A stretch of DNA of 64,000 nt from an uncultured bacterium (lineage in GTDB: Bacteria; Verrucomicrobiota; Verrucomicrobiia; Limisphaerales; UBA8199): positions 512,001 through 576,000 of the forward strand of contig CAVVMW010000004.1 in assembly GCA_963749495.1 (NCBI GenBank), in the 5' to 3' direction. A program made the position numbers and the translations under genes. Below are positions 30,283-40,053 of this stretch, in pieces; the first letter of the stretch is position 1; each line of letters starts with the position of its first letter. A model generated the notes under the pieces. The model saw nothing but the letters and a program-made list of their open reading frames with translations. It searched no databases and was not told where the DNA came from.

Positions 30283-33176
30283 GCGCAAATGCAGTCAAAC
30301 CCTGGGTCGAATCCGTCATCCTCCACCCGGACGTTGTCTCGCCCAACTTCTCCGAAGACATCTTCGCTCTCGACCTTGGACCGCTGGCCGACGGCAACAA
30401 AAACGTGCCAGCAGTCTATCGCGATCCGGAGCAGTTCTTCCGTGCCTCCTACATCACGACCGGTCTCCAGTCGCTGTTGCTGGACGTCCTCTCGCGCCTT
30501 TCTGGCGGCACCGGCAACCGGGTTCTCAAGCTCATCACGCCGTTCGGCGGCGGTAAGTCCCACACCCTGGCCTCGCTGTTCCACGCTGCCAAGAACCGTA
30601 AAACCCTCGATTCGATCCCCGAAGGCAAAGCCCTCCCGAACATAGGCAGAGTCCGCACGGCTGTCTTCGATGGTCAGTTTTTCAGTCCCTCCAACGGAAA
30701 GGACTTCCCCGGTGGCAAAGGCAAGGCGAACACCCTCTGGGGCTGGGTCGCCTGGTCTCTTGCCGGCGCCGCCGGCTACGAGCTTTTTCGCAAAGACGAC
30801 AAAGGGCGCGTCTCGCCCGGCGCCGATGACATCGTCAAACTCCTCGGGGACGACGCAAACCTCATCCTGCTGGACGAAGTCCTCGAATACCTTATCAGCG
30901 CCGGGGGTATCAAAGTCCTCGACACCACCCTGCGCGACGAAACCCTCAGTTTCATCAAGCGCCTCACCGTCGCCGTCGGCAACACCCCCAAGAGCGTGCT
31001 GGTGTTCTCGCTCCAGTCCAGCAAACGCGAGTCCCTCGACTACATCAACCTGCTCCAAACCATAGACCACCTCGCCGCCCGCAAAGACCAGCGCCGCGAG
31101 CCGGTCGAAGGCAACGAAGTCTTGCGCGTAATCCAGCGCCGCCTGCTGGGCAAAATGCCCGCCGAGTCCGATTCCACCCCGGCCGCCACCGCCCACCAGG
31201 AAGTCGTCACCGCCATGCGGCGCGCCTACGCCAAGACCCCCGCCGAGCAGGCCCAGGCCGATCAGGAAGGCATCGAACTCCGCGACCGCATCCGCTCCGC
31301 CTACCCCTTCCACCCAGCTCTCATAGACCTCATGCGCGAGCGATGGGCCGCCATCCCCGACTTCCAGCGCACCCGCGGTGCCCTCCGTTTTCTCGCTGCG
31401 TGCCTCCGCTCCTGCCAGGCAGCCGGCAAAAGCCGATCGCTCCTTGGCCCCTGCGATGTTCCGCTCCAGGACCCTAACGTCCGCCTTTCCTTTTTCAAGG
31501 AAGTTGGTCAGCAGGCCGACTTCCAGGCATGCCTCGAACACGATTTTGTTGGTGCCAACGCCCGCGCTCGCCGCATTGACGAGCGCCGCGCCAAAGAATT
31601 CCCCGCCGAGGCCATCAAGCGTCCCGCCACGCGGATCGCTACCGCCATACTTATGTATTCTTTCGGCGGTCTCCGCCGCGAGGGCGCCAACGCAACCGAA
31701 ATCCTGCCCCCCGGCATCAGCGAAGCCGACCTCCTCGCCATCTGTGTCGGGCCGGACCTCGACAGCACCACCGTAATGGCCTGCCTGAAGGAGCTTAAGG
31801 AACAATGCCTCTACCTTCACTTTGACGGCGTCCGCTACTGCTTCAAGAAAGACCCCAACGTCACCCTCCTCGTGGAACAGGAGGCCGACGTTGTCGCCCG
31901 TGATGAGGACCTCGTTCACGACAAAATCAAGGAAATGCTCGAAGCCCGCCTCGCTGGCCACAACGTTTACGTCTGGCCCACCAGCTCCGGTGAGGTCCCC
32001 GACAAGCAGACCGAGTTCATCGTCGGCTACTTGCCCCTGGATTTCGTCGGCGAGACCAAAGCCGAACAGCAGAAACTCGCCAAGAACATCCTGGAAAATC
32101 ACGGCGACAAGCCGCGCTCATTCCGCAACGGCATCGGCCTCGCCATCCCGTCCTCTGACCAGGTCGAAATTCTCCGCCGCGCGGTCCGCTACCTTCTGGC
32201 CATCGAGCGCGTGAAGTCCAAATCCAAACAACACAACCTCACCGACGAGCAAAAGGGCCAGTTGCGCGAGCGAGAATCCACCGAGAAGGCCGCCGCTGAG
32301 TCCGCTTTCCTCAAGCTCTACACCCAAGTCTGGCTCCCGAAGAAAGAAGACTCATCCCTCGGCATCGAGCCCGTCGCCGTCGGTGGCCGCCCCCTCCAAA
32401 CCACCCTCAGCGCCAAGAAGGAAGCACTCATCCATGAGCGCGTCATGGAACTCCTCACCCAGGTCCAGAAGCGCGTCTTCGACACCGTCACCCCGGGCAA
32501 AGTCGTCGAGTTCTTTGCCCTCGGTGAAGGCACCCCGCCCAAGCTCGGGGTCACCACCGGCGAAGTCGTCACCGGGTTCTTCTCCTTCCTCGGCCTCACC
32601 CGACTGACGTCGGAAAAGATCGTCGCCAAAGCCATCGCGACCGGGGTCGAGAAACGCATCTTCGGTTACATCGGCGGCGGCGCGCCGACGCTCGGCACCG
32701 ATGGCAAATACCAAGTTAGCGTGAGCAAGGTCCGCTTTGACACCCCCATCGCCCCGGACGAAATCGACCTCGATTCCGGCTTCATCATGGTCCCACAGGC
32801 GATACCCATTGCGCCCCCGCCCGCCGCGTGCCCTAAGTGCGGAAAGAGTCCGTGCGAATGCGCGGTCCCTCCTGCCGCTTGTCCCCGCTGCGGACAGACG
32901 CCGTGCGTCTGCCCCATCCCGCCGGTATTGTGTCTCAAGTGCGGCAAGACCCCATGCGTGTGCCTGCCGCCGCCTGTAACCGACAAGAAGGTCGAACTCA
33001 CCTTCACCGCCGACAGTGCCAAGCTTTATTCCGCATGGCAGGCAATGGCCAACTTGGCTGAGATGGCCGGCAAGGTAACCGTTACCGTGAAAGCCGAGTC
33101 CGAGTCCGGCTTCGACAAGAGCAAGCTCAACAACGGAGTCTTGGAACCGCTGCGCGAAGCCGACCTTATCGAGTAG
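30279..33176 (+). CDS. DUF499-family AAA+ ATPase with Cys/Pro-rich repeats
   Basis: Walker A TPFGGGKSH, Walker B LILLDE, AYPFHP, FQRTRGALR; ATGA overlap with upstream ORF. Confidence 0.9.
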   Translation: MSANAVKPWVESVILHPDVVSPNFSEDIFALDLGPLADGNKNVPAVYRDPEQFFRASYITTGLQSLLLDVLSRLSGGTGNRVLKLITPFGGGKSHTLASLFHAAKNRKTLDSIPEGKALPNIGRVRTAVFDGQFFSPSNGKDFPGGKGKANTLWGWVAWSLAGAAGYELFRKDDKGRVSPGADDIVKLLGDDANLILLDEVLEYLISAGGIKVLDTTLRDETLSFIKRLTVAVGNTPKSVLVFSLQSSKRESLDYINLLQTIDHLAARKDQRREPVEGNEVLRVIQRRLLGKMPAESDSTPAATAHQEVVTAMRRAYAKTPAEQAQADQEGIELRDRIRSAYPFHPALIDLMRERWAAIPDFQRTRGALRFLAACLRSCQAAGKSRSLLGPCDVPLQDPNVRLSFFKEVGQQADFQACLEHDFVGANARARRIDERRAKEFPAEAIKRPATRIATAILMYSFGGLRREGANATEILPPGISEADLLAICVGPDLDSTTVMACLKELKEQCLYLHFDGVRYCFKKDPNVTLLVEQEADVVARDEDLVHDKIKEMLEARLAGHNVYVWPTSSGEVPDKQTEFIVGYLPLDFVGETKAEQQKLAKNILENHGDKPRSFRNGIGLAIPSSDQVEILRRAVRYLLAIERVKSKSKQHNLTDEQKGQLRERESTEKAAAESAFLKLYTQVWLPKKEDSSLGIEPVAVGGRPLQTTLSAKKEALIHERVMELLTQVQKRVFDTVTPGKVVEFFALGEGTPPKLGVTTGEVVTGFFSFLGLTRLTSEKIVAKAIATGVEKRIFGYIGGGAPTLGTDGKYQVSVSKVRFDTPIAPDEIDLDSGFIMVPQAIPIAPPPAACPKCGKSPCECAVPPAACPRCGQTPCVCPIPPVLCLKCGKTPCVCLPPPVTDKKVELTFTADSAKLYSAWQAMANLAEMAGKVTVTVKAESESGFDKSKLNNGVLEPLREADLIE

Positions 33177-33203
33177 GCACACCGAGTCACAAGAGCAGTT
33201 CAG

Positions 33204-33332
33204 CCGCGAAAAGGCGCAAACGTCGCAAAACATGAAGGGCTTGCGCGCAACGGGTCTGTCACCGTCACCACATGCGTGAGGATCGTGGCGAGTGCAGGTG
33301 CTTCTTTTTGCGTTTTTTGCGCCCTTTGGCGG
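33204..33332. repeat. Trimeric periodic inverted repeat (CGCAAAA family)
   Basis: CCGCGAAAAGGCGCAAACGTCGCAAAA vs TTTTGCGTTTTTTGCGCCCTTTGGCGG. Confidence 0.75.
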
Positions 33333-33377
33333 CTATTCAACTGCGGTTTCCAGGGCAATGCGTTACCGTGCCTGGCG

Positions 33378-33456
33378 GCCCCCTCACCCCGACCCTCTCC
33401 CCGTCTGTGGCGGCCCCTCACCCCGGCCCCTCTCCCCGTCGGACGGGGAGAGGGAG
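33378..33456. repeat. CCCCTCACCCC...CCCTCTCCCC/GGGGAGAGGG palindromic element (one partial, one full copy)
   Basis: Hairpin CCCTCTCCCCGTC-GACGGGGAGAGGG preceded by CCCCTCACCCCG; homologous to 24545-24583. Confidence 0.8.
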
Positions 33457-33524
33457 AAGGCTGGCGCAGAGAGGGCGAAGGGCCGGCCGACGTTGCGGCG
33501 GATGTTGCGCTCGGCGCGGATGCC

Positions 33525-33641
33525 GCTGCCCCAATCCCGGCCAATCCCCTGCCAGGATCGCTGAGCGGCTTTGTTTTCCGCGTATTCCGCGTGTTCCGCG
33601 GTTACCCTCAGCTCCGAAGAAGAATGAACCGCGGAATACGC
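33525..33641 (+). repeat. Internally deleted copy of the ~220-bp repeat
   Basis: Shares GCTGCCCCAAT...GCTGAGCGGCT...TTCCGCG trimer...AGCTCCGAAGAAGAATGAACCGCGGAA. Confidence 0.85.
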
Positions 33642-33675
33642 AGCGCAGCCAAGCCGCAACCAAAAGTCGAATTGA

Positions 33676-33736
33676 CCACGGATTACACGGATAGCACGGA
33701 TAGAGAAAATCCGTGTCATCCGTGAAATCCGTGGTT
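33676..33736. repeat. Trimeric periodic inverted repeat (CACGGAT/ATCCGTG family)
   Basis: CCACGGATTACACGGATAGCACGGAT vs ATCCGTGTCATCCGTGAAATCCGTGG. Confidence 0.85.
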
Positions 33737-33933
33737 GAACTGCCGTTTTTGGGGTCGAGGGTGTCCGCGGTCCTCGCCTCAGCCCGGTTTCGCCGCCTTC
33801 CCCTCTCCCACCTTGGCCCGATAAATCCGCCCGGCGGGCACGCCCCGGAATCAGCCTGCCGACGGTGAGGCCCCGCCCGCGACTGCCCTCCCGCCGGGCC
33901 CAGCCTGGCCAGGCACTTCAGACCGTGGGCCGC

Positions 33934-34049
33934 CCGTCCTCTCCTCCTTCCGTAGCAGGGCTACTGCGGAGGACGGGCGCAGTAGCTCTGCTACGGAGGG
34001 TGGATGGACGGCCCGTCCTCCGCAGTAGCTCTGCTACGGAAGGTGGATG
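33934..34049. repeat. REP-like cluster (CCGCAGTAGCTCTGCTACGG family)
   Basis: Three copies, one inverted, of GCAGTAGC(T/C)CTGCTACGG. Confidence 0.75.
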
Positions 34050-34058
34050 GACCTTGGA

Positions 34059-34781
34059 CTACGATCTCTGCCTCAGCGCCTCCACCTCCGACGCCGGGAT
34101 ATAGCGCAGAAACACCTCCGTGAAATCCTCCTTCGCGTACCCCCTGCCCACCTCCTCCCCTATCCGAATTGTTGTCGGCCGTATCCCGTACGGTCGCAAC
34201 TGCTCCGCCAGCCATAGCTCCGTGTAACCCGAATTCAATATGCCCCGCAGCTCGTCGTTCCCATACAGCAGCGTGTCCGCCTCATCGATCAGCAGCGTCG
34301 GCTGCGCCTCTTCGATGACCCGGAACAAGGCCAGCGCGCTGATGTTCGCCGCCACCACCGGGCGCCTTACCAACTCGCTCAGCACCGTCAGCAACGTCGT
34401 CTTTCCGCAACGCTTCTCCGGCGATTCCACCCCTACGTACGTGCTCACCTCTCTGAGCTCGAAGGCGTAGGTGTGCAGCACCCATAAGGCCAAGGCCTCC
34501 CCCGCTGCCCCGGGCAGCACCACGAAACGCCTCAGCACCCCATCAAGTTCATCCAGCAATCCGTCCCCCGTCACTGCCTCCGGCCACGGCTCCGCCTCTT
34601 CCAGCCCCAGTCCTTTCTCGACCCGCGCCTCCTGGGCTGGGTCCCCTCCCCCGCGCTCGCCCGCTGCCGCCCGCCGGCCCGCACCGCCCCCAGCCCGCTC
34701 TCCAATCTCCGACCCCGTCCTCATATCTCCGCCTTTCATATCAGCCTTTTTGCCCTCATCATCCCACACCCGGTGGGACAA
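34059..34781 (-). pseudogene. DUF3631-type phage/satellite replication protein remnant with internal deletion
   Basis: ALALWVLHT, SPEKRCGKT (P-loop), PTLLIDEADT, ELRGILNSGY joined to LAEQLRPYGIRPTTIRIG...RGY. Confidence 0.7.
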
Positions 34782-34828
34782 ATACTGTCCACCCGTCCTC
34801 TATTGTGATTGTATCTGTGCGGATGCCC

Positions 34829-35049
34829 CCGCAATGAAAGGGGGCTGCCCCAATGCCGGCCAATCCCCCCCGGGATCGCTGAGCGGCTCTGTCTTCCGCG
34901 TATTCCGCGTATTCCGCGGTTGCCCTCAGGATTCTGCCTCGTAAATAAGATTGGTTTCCATGACTGGCGAGGCTGGCAAAGCTCCGAAGAAGAATGAACC
35001 GCGGAATACGCGGAACACGCGGAAATGAACAGGTCTAGTGATTACTATT
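34829..35049 (+). repeat. ~220-bp dispersed repeat, copy 2
   Basis: Direct repeat of 18990-19211. Confidence 0.9.
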
Positions 35050-35276
35050 TTGTCCCGCACCCAAAGCGCTCGGCTCTACCGAGCTGGAATTGACTTCCAC
35101 CGTGTCAAACAAATATCCCGCGCGCAAGAATCCCCCCATTTTACCGAGGCTGTTGCGCCCTGTTGCGGGTCATGTTGCGGGTCTTATCTCAAAAATCCCC
35201 CGGTTCCATGCGCCTTGTAGCACTGTAGCGGGTCCATACCCTGCGCCCACACATGACCCGCTCAGGGCCGCCAACC

Positions 35277-35474
35277 GTGAATCTCGATTACCCGTGCTGG
35301 AACACGATTGATTGGAAACCGGGTGAGACGCCCAAGGAAGGCGCCGGCAATCCTGACGGCAATGCCTGGCGTCCGGCGGAATGCGACGTGTCCATTTTGC
35401 GCCCGAACTGGTTTTGGAGTGAAGGCAGCGACCGCCGCATCCTCAGCCTGGATGACCTTGTCGAAATCTATTAT
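35277..35474 (+). pseudogene. GH29 alpha-L-fucosidase internal fragment
   Basis: GNPDGNAWRPAECDVSILRPNWFW...SLDDLVEIYY. Confidence 0.65.
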
Positions 35475-35482
35475 ATTACAGA

Positions 35483-38197
35483 ATGAAGAGCACATTCCCA
35501 CAATTGGCCCTAGTCGCTGTCTCCACGGTCACAGCATTGAACGCGTCCTCAGCCGGCTCGCCAGCGACGCCGGCCCCTGCGGTCCACGTGAATTATGCGC
35601 GGCCCTTCGAGCCGCCAACACGTCCGGCGTTCCTGCCGCTGCCTCCTGGGGCGGTCGAGCCTGCCGGCTGGTTGCGCGACTGGTGCCTGGCCGCGCGGGA
35701 CGGCTTCACCGGCCACATGGATGAGTATGACGACGAGTTCAAGCGGGCCTGGGCACCCGACCACAAGATGACCGGCGAAGGGCTCCTTTGGTACAAGGGC
35801 GCCTGGCCTTATGAAGGCGGCGGTTACTGGTTTGATGGTCTGGCCCGTCTTGGCTTTGCCCTGCACGACCCGGCGCTGATCGAGCAGGCGCAAAGACGGC
35901 TCTACGCGGTGGCCGATCACATGAACACCAACGGCCTGCTCTTTCTTTGGTGGCTGGACCGGAACAATGCCGGAGACCGGAAAGCGGTCACCACCGCTTT
36001 GGAGGGCTGGCCGCTCTGGGCCTGTGGCCTGCTCGGGCGCGCCATGACCGGATTCTACGCCGGGTCTGGTGACAAGCACGTTTTGGAAGCGCTCGAAAAG
36101 GCCTACGGCAGCGACCCCGACTGCTTGCGGTCGATTCCCGGTAACCTGTCGAATCCGTGGCCGGCGTTTGACACTTACTGTTGGACGGGCAACCGGGGTA
36201 TCGCGGCGGCGCTGGACGCGATGTTCACGCAAGAGGGGCAGCTCTTGCCGAGCCTGAACCGCTACCGGCAGGCGCCAGACCTGAAGCCAGGCACCACCGT
36301 GGACAACGCCCACGTGGTCGAATTCATCGAAAGCACAACGCCTTGGCTCGTGGCCTACCTGTGGACCGGCGACAGGCGCTACCGCGAAGCGGCTGTCGGC
36401 TGGCACGACCTGCTGGAGCGTGTCGCCATGCAGCCCTACGGCGTGCCGGTTGCCGACGAGTGGTATGGTCCCACGGGCGCGTTTCGAGGGAGTGAGACCT
36501 GCGATGTGGCGGGGTATATTTGGAGCCAGGTCTGTTTGCTCCTGGTGACCGGGGAAGGCCGGATGGCCGACCGGCTTGAGCGGGCGTTCTTCAATGCGGG
36601 GCCGGCCACGGTGTCGCGTGATTTCAAGACCCACGTCTATTTCCAAAGCCCCAACCGGTTCGCCAACCTGTCGCCAGACTTTCCCCATGGGCCCAGGGCC
36701 AGTGGCGGCTCCTATCGCCCCAAGCATGCGCCGCTCTGCTGCACGGCCGCACTCAACCGCATTGTGCCCTGGTTTGTCACGCATATGTGGATGGCAACTT
36801 ATGACAACGGCCTGGCGGTGGCTTGCTACGGTCCCTGCCGCGTCACGGCCCTGGCAGCCGACCAGGTACCGATTGTGATTAGCTGCCGAACCGATTATCC
36901 TTTCGACAACACCGTTGACATTTCCGTGCAGCCCGCTCGCGAGACAGCCTTCCCGCTGGAGTTTCACATTCCCGGCTGGTGTGCGGCTCCCACTCTGAGT
37001 GTGAACGGCGAAGCGGTCGTGGTCGAGCGGAACCCCAGGGGCTTCGTCCGCGTCAGTCGAAGCTGGAAACCCGGCGACACCGTCCAGTTGCGGCTGCCCA
37101 TGACCCCGAGCGTGCGAAGGGGACGCGATGCGGCCTCGGGTCCGCCTTACGATGGCGCGCACCGGCCCACACCGGTGACGATCCCGGAGGAAACCAGCAC
37201 CCGGGGTGTTCCATACGCCTCGGTTTCATACGGCCCCTTGCTCTTCGCGCTGCCCATCCCGGACACCACGGATGCCAACACGCCGGACCCCTCCGCCCGA
37301 TGGCAATTCGCGCTGGATGTGCAACACCCTGGCTTGACGATCGAACGCGCGGCGATGCCTGCCCGATGGGACTGGCCCCTGAACGCACCGCTCAAGCTGC
37401 GAGCCAACGCCGTCGAAATCGCCTGGGACCCTGACCCGAAAGCGCCCAGCCTGCCGCTCCTGCCCGCCGCCCGCTCGAAACCGGCGCAGCCAATCACGCT
37501 CATTCCGTATGGCTGCACGAAATTCCGGGTCTCGATGTTTCCGGTCACCGCCGAGCCCGAGGTCAAGCCCTCGGCCATCCGCAGAATCCTGTTTCTCGGC
37601 AACAGCATCACCCTTCACGGGCCCAAAGCGGACATAGGCTGGACCGGGAACTGGGGCATGGCGGCCAGTTCCGAGGACAAGGACTACGTCCATCTGGTCA
37701 CCAGCGCCATTGCCAGGCAGGCCGGCTCCGCACCCCGGATCATGGTCAGGAACATTGCGGATTTTGAGCGCAACTACGCGACGTATGACGTGGACGGGCA
37801 ACTGATGGACGCCTTTGCTTTCGACCCCGACCTGGTCGTTCTGGCCATCGGCGAGAACGTGCCCGCGCTGGATTCAGCGGAGGCCAGGGCAAAGTTCAAG
37901 TCAGGCGTGATGAACGTCCTGAGATGCGTCTTGGCGAAGCGCCACCCGCTGGTGGTGGTGCGCAGTTGTTTCTGGGCTGATGCGGCCAAGGACCAGGTGC
38001 TCCGCGAAGCGTGTGAGGAGACCGGCGGCATTTTCGTCGACGCGGGCCCGCTCGGCCGGGACCCCGCCAACGCAGCGCGCTCGGAACGAGCCTTCACGCA
38101 CGATGGCGTCGCCGCACACCCCGGGGACCGGGGGATGAAAGCCCTGGCCGACGCCATCGTTCAGGCCGTCATCCAGCGCGACGCCGCCCCTCGGTAA
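35483..38197 (+). CDS. GH127/GH146-like beta-L-arabinofuranosidase fused to a C-terminal SGNH esterase domain
   Basis: Signal peptide; SETCDV, ERAFFNA, LCCT, TDYPF, LIPYGCT; then ILFLGNSIT...GEN...AHPGDRGM. Confidence 0.8.
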   Translation: MKSTFPQLALVAVSTVTALNASSAGSPATPAPAVHVNYARPFEPPTRPAFLPLPPGAVEPAGWLRDWCLAARDGFTGHMDEYDDEFKRAWAPDHKMTGEGLLWYKGAWPYEGGGYWFDGLARLGFALHDPALIEQAQRRLYAVADHMNTNGLLFLWWLDRNNAGDRKAVTTALEGWPLWACGLLGRAMTGFYAGSGDKHVLEALEKAYGSDPDCLRSIPGNLSNPWPAFDTYCWTGNRGIAAALDAMFTQEGQLLPSLNRYRQAPDLKPGTTVDNAHVVEFIESTTPWLVAYLWTGDRRYREAAVGWHDLLERVAMQPYGVPVADEWYGPTGAFRGSETCDVAGYIWSQVCLLLVTGEGRMADRLERAFFNAGPATVSRDFKTHVYFQSPNRFANLSPDFPHGPRASGGSYRPKHAPLCCTAALNRIVPWFVTHMWMATYDNGLAVACYGPCRVTALAADQVPIVISCRTDYPFDNTVDISVQPARETAFPLEFHIPGWCAAPTLSVNGEAVVVERNPRGFVRVSRSWKPGDTVQLRLPMTPSVRRGRDAASGPPYDGAHRPTPVTIPEETSTRGVPYASVSYGPLLFALPIPDTTDANTPDPSARWQFALDVQHPGLTIERAAMPARWDWPLNAPLKLRANAVEIAWDPDPKAPSLPLLPAARSKPAQPITLIPYGCTKFRVSMFPVTAEPEVKPSAIRRILFLGNSITLHGPKADIGWTGNWGMAASSEDKDYVHLVTSAIARQAGSAPRIMVRNIADFERNYATYDVDGQLMDAFAFDPDLVVLAIGENVPALDSAEARAKFKSGVMNVLRCVLAKRHPLVVVRSCFWADAAKDQVLREACEETGGIFVDAGPLGRDPANAARSERAFTHDGVAAHPGDRGMKALADAIVQAVIQRDAAPR

Positions 38198-38261
38198 CGG
38201 GACCACGCCGTAGGCCACAAACGGGCTTGGTCTCCGGAGGTATCGGCTATAACATCGGCGT

Positions 38262-39269
38262 ATGAAACTTCTCAGCGGAGTCATCGGATTGCTCGCGGCC
38301 AGTGCGCTGGCCGCTGGGGAATTGGCGGTCAAAGCGGCGGAGATGAAGGTCTATAGCGACCCGGAGCACGCCGACGCGGACTTCAGATTCCAGGGTGAAT
38401 ATGCCGACGCCGGCGCCAAGCTTGGCGCGCAGGTCCGCGCGCTGGGCCATGGCGCGTTCCGCACGATGTTCTTTGCCGGCGGTCTGCCTGGAGACGGTTG
38501 GGACGGAAAGACCATCATCCAGAAGGCCCCCAGCACCGATACCACCACGCCCGCCGACGCCCGCCTCGAAGGCGATAAGGTCGTCATTGACCAGGTGTAC
38601 CAAGGCGTTTGCGACGGCCAGACCCTCACCGGCCAGACCGACACCGGCCGGAAGTTCGAGTTGAAGCGCGTCAAGCGGCGCAGCCCGACCCTCGGCGCTC
38701 CGGCTCCAGCCGACGCCATCGTGCTCTTCGACGGCTCAAATACCGACAAATGGCAACCGGGCGCCCGTATGACACCGCAGAAATGGATTACCTCGGCCGG
38801 CGGCGCGACTACGAAGCGGCAGTTCCAGGACTTCACGCTGCACGTCGAGTTCATGATCTCTTACATGCCCGAGACCCAAACCATTTACCAGCGTCCCAAC
38901 AGCGGCGTCTATTTGCAGCAGCGTTACGAAATCCAGATTCTCGATTCCTTCGGCGTCGTGATGGGCCAGCACGATTGCGGCGTCCTCTATGCGCAGGTGA
39001 CGCCGGCGATCAATATGTGCTACCCGCCGCTGACGTGGCAGACCTACGACATTGATTTCACGGCTGCCCGTTACGACGCTGCCGGTCGGAAGGCAAAGCT
39101 CGGCCGCTGCACGGTGAAGTTCAACGGCGTCACTATCCTGGACAATGTAGAGATCAAAGGTTCGACGCCCGGCGGGATTGCGGAAAGCCCAGACCCGGCC
39201 GGCATCTACCTTCAAGCCCACGGTCACCCGATCTTTTTCAAGAACATCTGGATCGTAGAGAAGAAATAG
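38262..39269 (+). CDS. DUF1080 (3-keto-disaccharide hydrolase-like) protein
   Basis: IVLFDG, FQDFTLHVEF, NSGVYLQ.RYEIQILDS, WQTYDI, LQAHGHPIFFKNIW. Confidence 0.85.
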   Translation: MKLLSGVIGLLAASALAAGELAVKAAEMKVYSDPEHADADFRFQGEYADAGAKLGAQVRALGHGAFRTMFFAGGLPGDGWDGKTIIQKAPSTDTTTPADARLEGDKVVIDQVYQGVCDGQTLTGQTDTGRKFELKRVKRRSPTLGAPAPADAIVLFDGSNTDKWQPGARMTPQKWITSAGGATTKRQFQDFTLHVEFMISYMPETQTIYQRPNSGVYLQQRYEIQILDSFGVVMGQHDCGVLYAQVTPAINMCYPPLTWQTYDIDFTAARYDAAGRKAKLGRCTVKFNGVTILDNVEIKGSTPGGIAESPDPAGIYLQAHGHPIFFKNIWIVEKK

Positions 39270-39321
39270 GACGGTTGCGGAGGTGGCGCTCAGCGAAACC
39301 GCAGGGAGAAAATGTCCGCGT

Positions 39322-39459
39322 CCTTCCGATGTGGTCACGCTGGTCAGCTATCGGGGGCCGGAACCGGCGCGCGGAATCCCCGACCCCTACACCCGCATTC
39401 CCATCGGCCTGGAGAACACGGCCGACATCACCGCCGACTTCCAGCAGGCACTCGTCTGA
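39322..39459 (+). pseudogene. Degenerate C-terminus of a PLP trans-sulfuration enzyme (Cys/Met metabolism family)
   Basis: RGIPDPYTRIPIGLENTADITADFQQAL*. Confidence 0.45.
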
Positions 39460-39465
39460 TCGGGA

Positions 39466-39663
39466 TTGGATGATGAACGGAATGCGGATGCCCCCTTCCC
39501 AGGTCTGGGCCTTGAAACCGCGCAAAGGGCCATTGCCCGAGGTTGTCTGCGCTGTCGGGCCGCCGTTGTCGCTGAGGAAAAAGACGAGCGTGTTCTCCTC
39601 CTGGCCAAGCTCCCGGATTTTGGCCAGCACGCTCCCCACCGCGTCGTCCATGGCGGAGAGCGT
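39466..39663 (-). pseudogene. Sulfatase internal fragment
   Basis: MDDAVG...NTLVFFLSDNGG...PLRGFK...WEGGIRIPF. Confidence 0.8.
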
Positions 39664-40053
39664 ATGAGAGAGTCTCATCACTGGGCCAGGTTGGCGTGGA
39701 TGTTGATATTCACCGGTTTGTTAGACGACCAATTCGCCACTGGGTTACGAACTCGTCATAAAAGAACCTCTTCGGCATTCAACCGGAGCGATTGAATCTG
39801 ATCACCTCCCGGAGCCGGCGAACTCGGAAAGTTGCCTCCCCGCCCCAACTGGTTTGATTCGTCTCAACCCCAGCGTTCACGGGCCAGATACCAGGGACTT
39901 GCTGCCCAACCCAAGTGTTGGAACTGTCGAGGTGCGCACCCCTCTAGCCCGTCAACGCCCGTAGTTTAAGGCATTTGTCTTCGAAACAACCCTTCAGGGC
40001 AGCACATCAGATTCGAAGGGGCCGCATTATCGAATCAAATTTCAATGACTCAA

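Noticed and set aside
35052..35088. tRNA-Pro-like remnant on the minus strand (CAGCTCGGTAGAGC...TTTGGGT)
   Set aside because: Only a 3-bp anticodon stem, no T-arm or acceptor stem; cannot support a tRNA or att site
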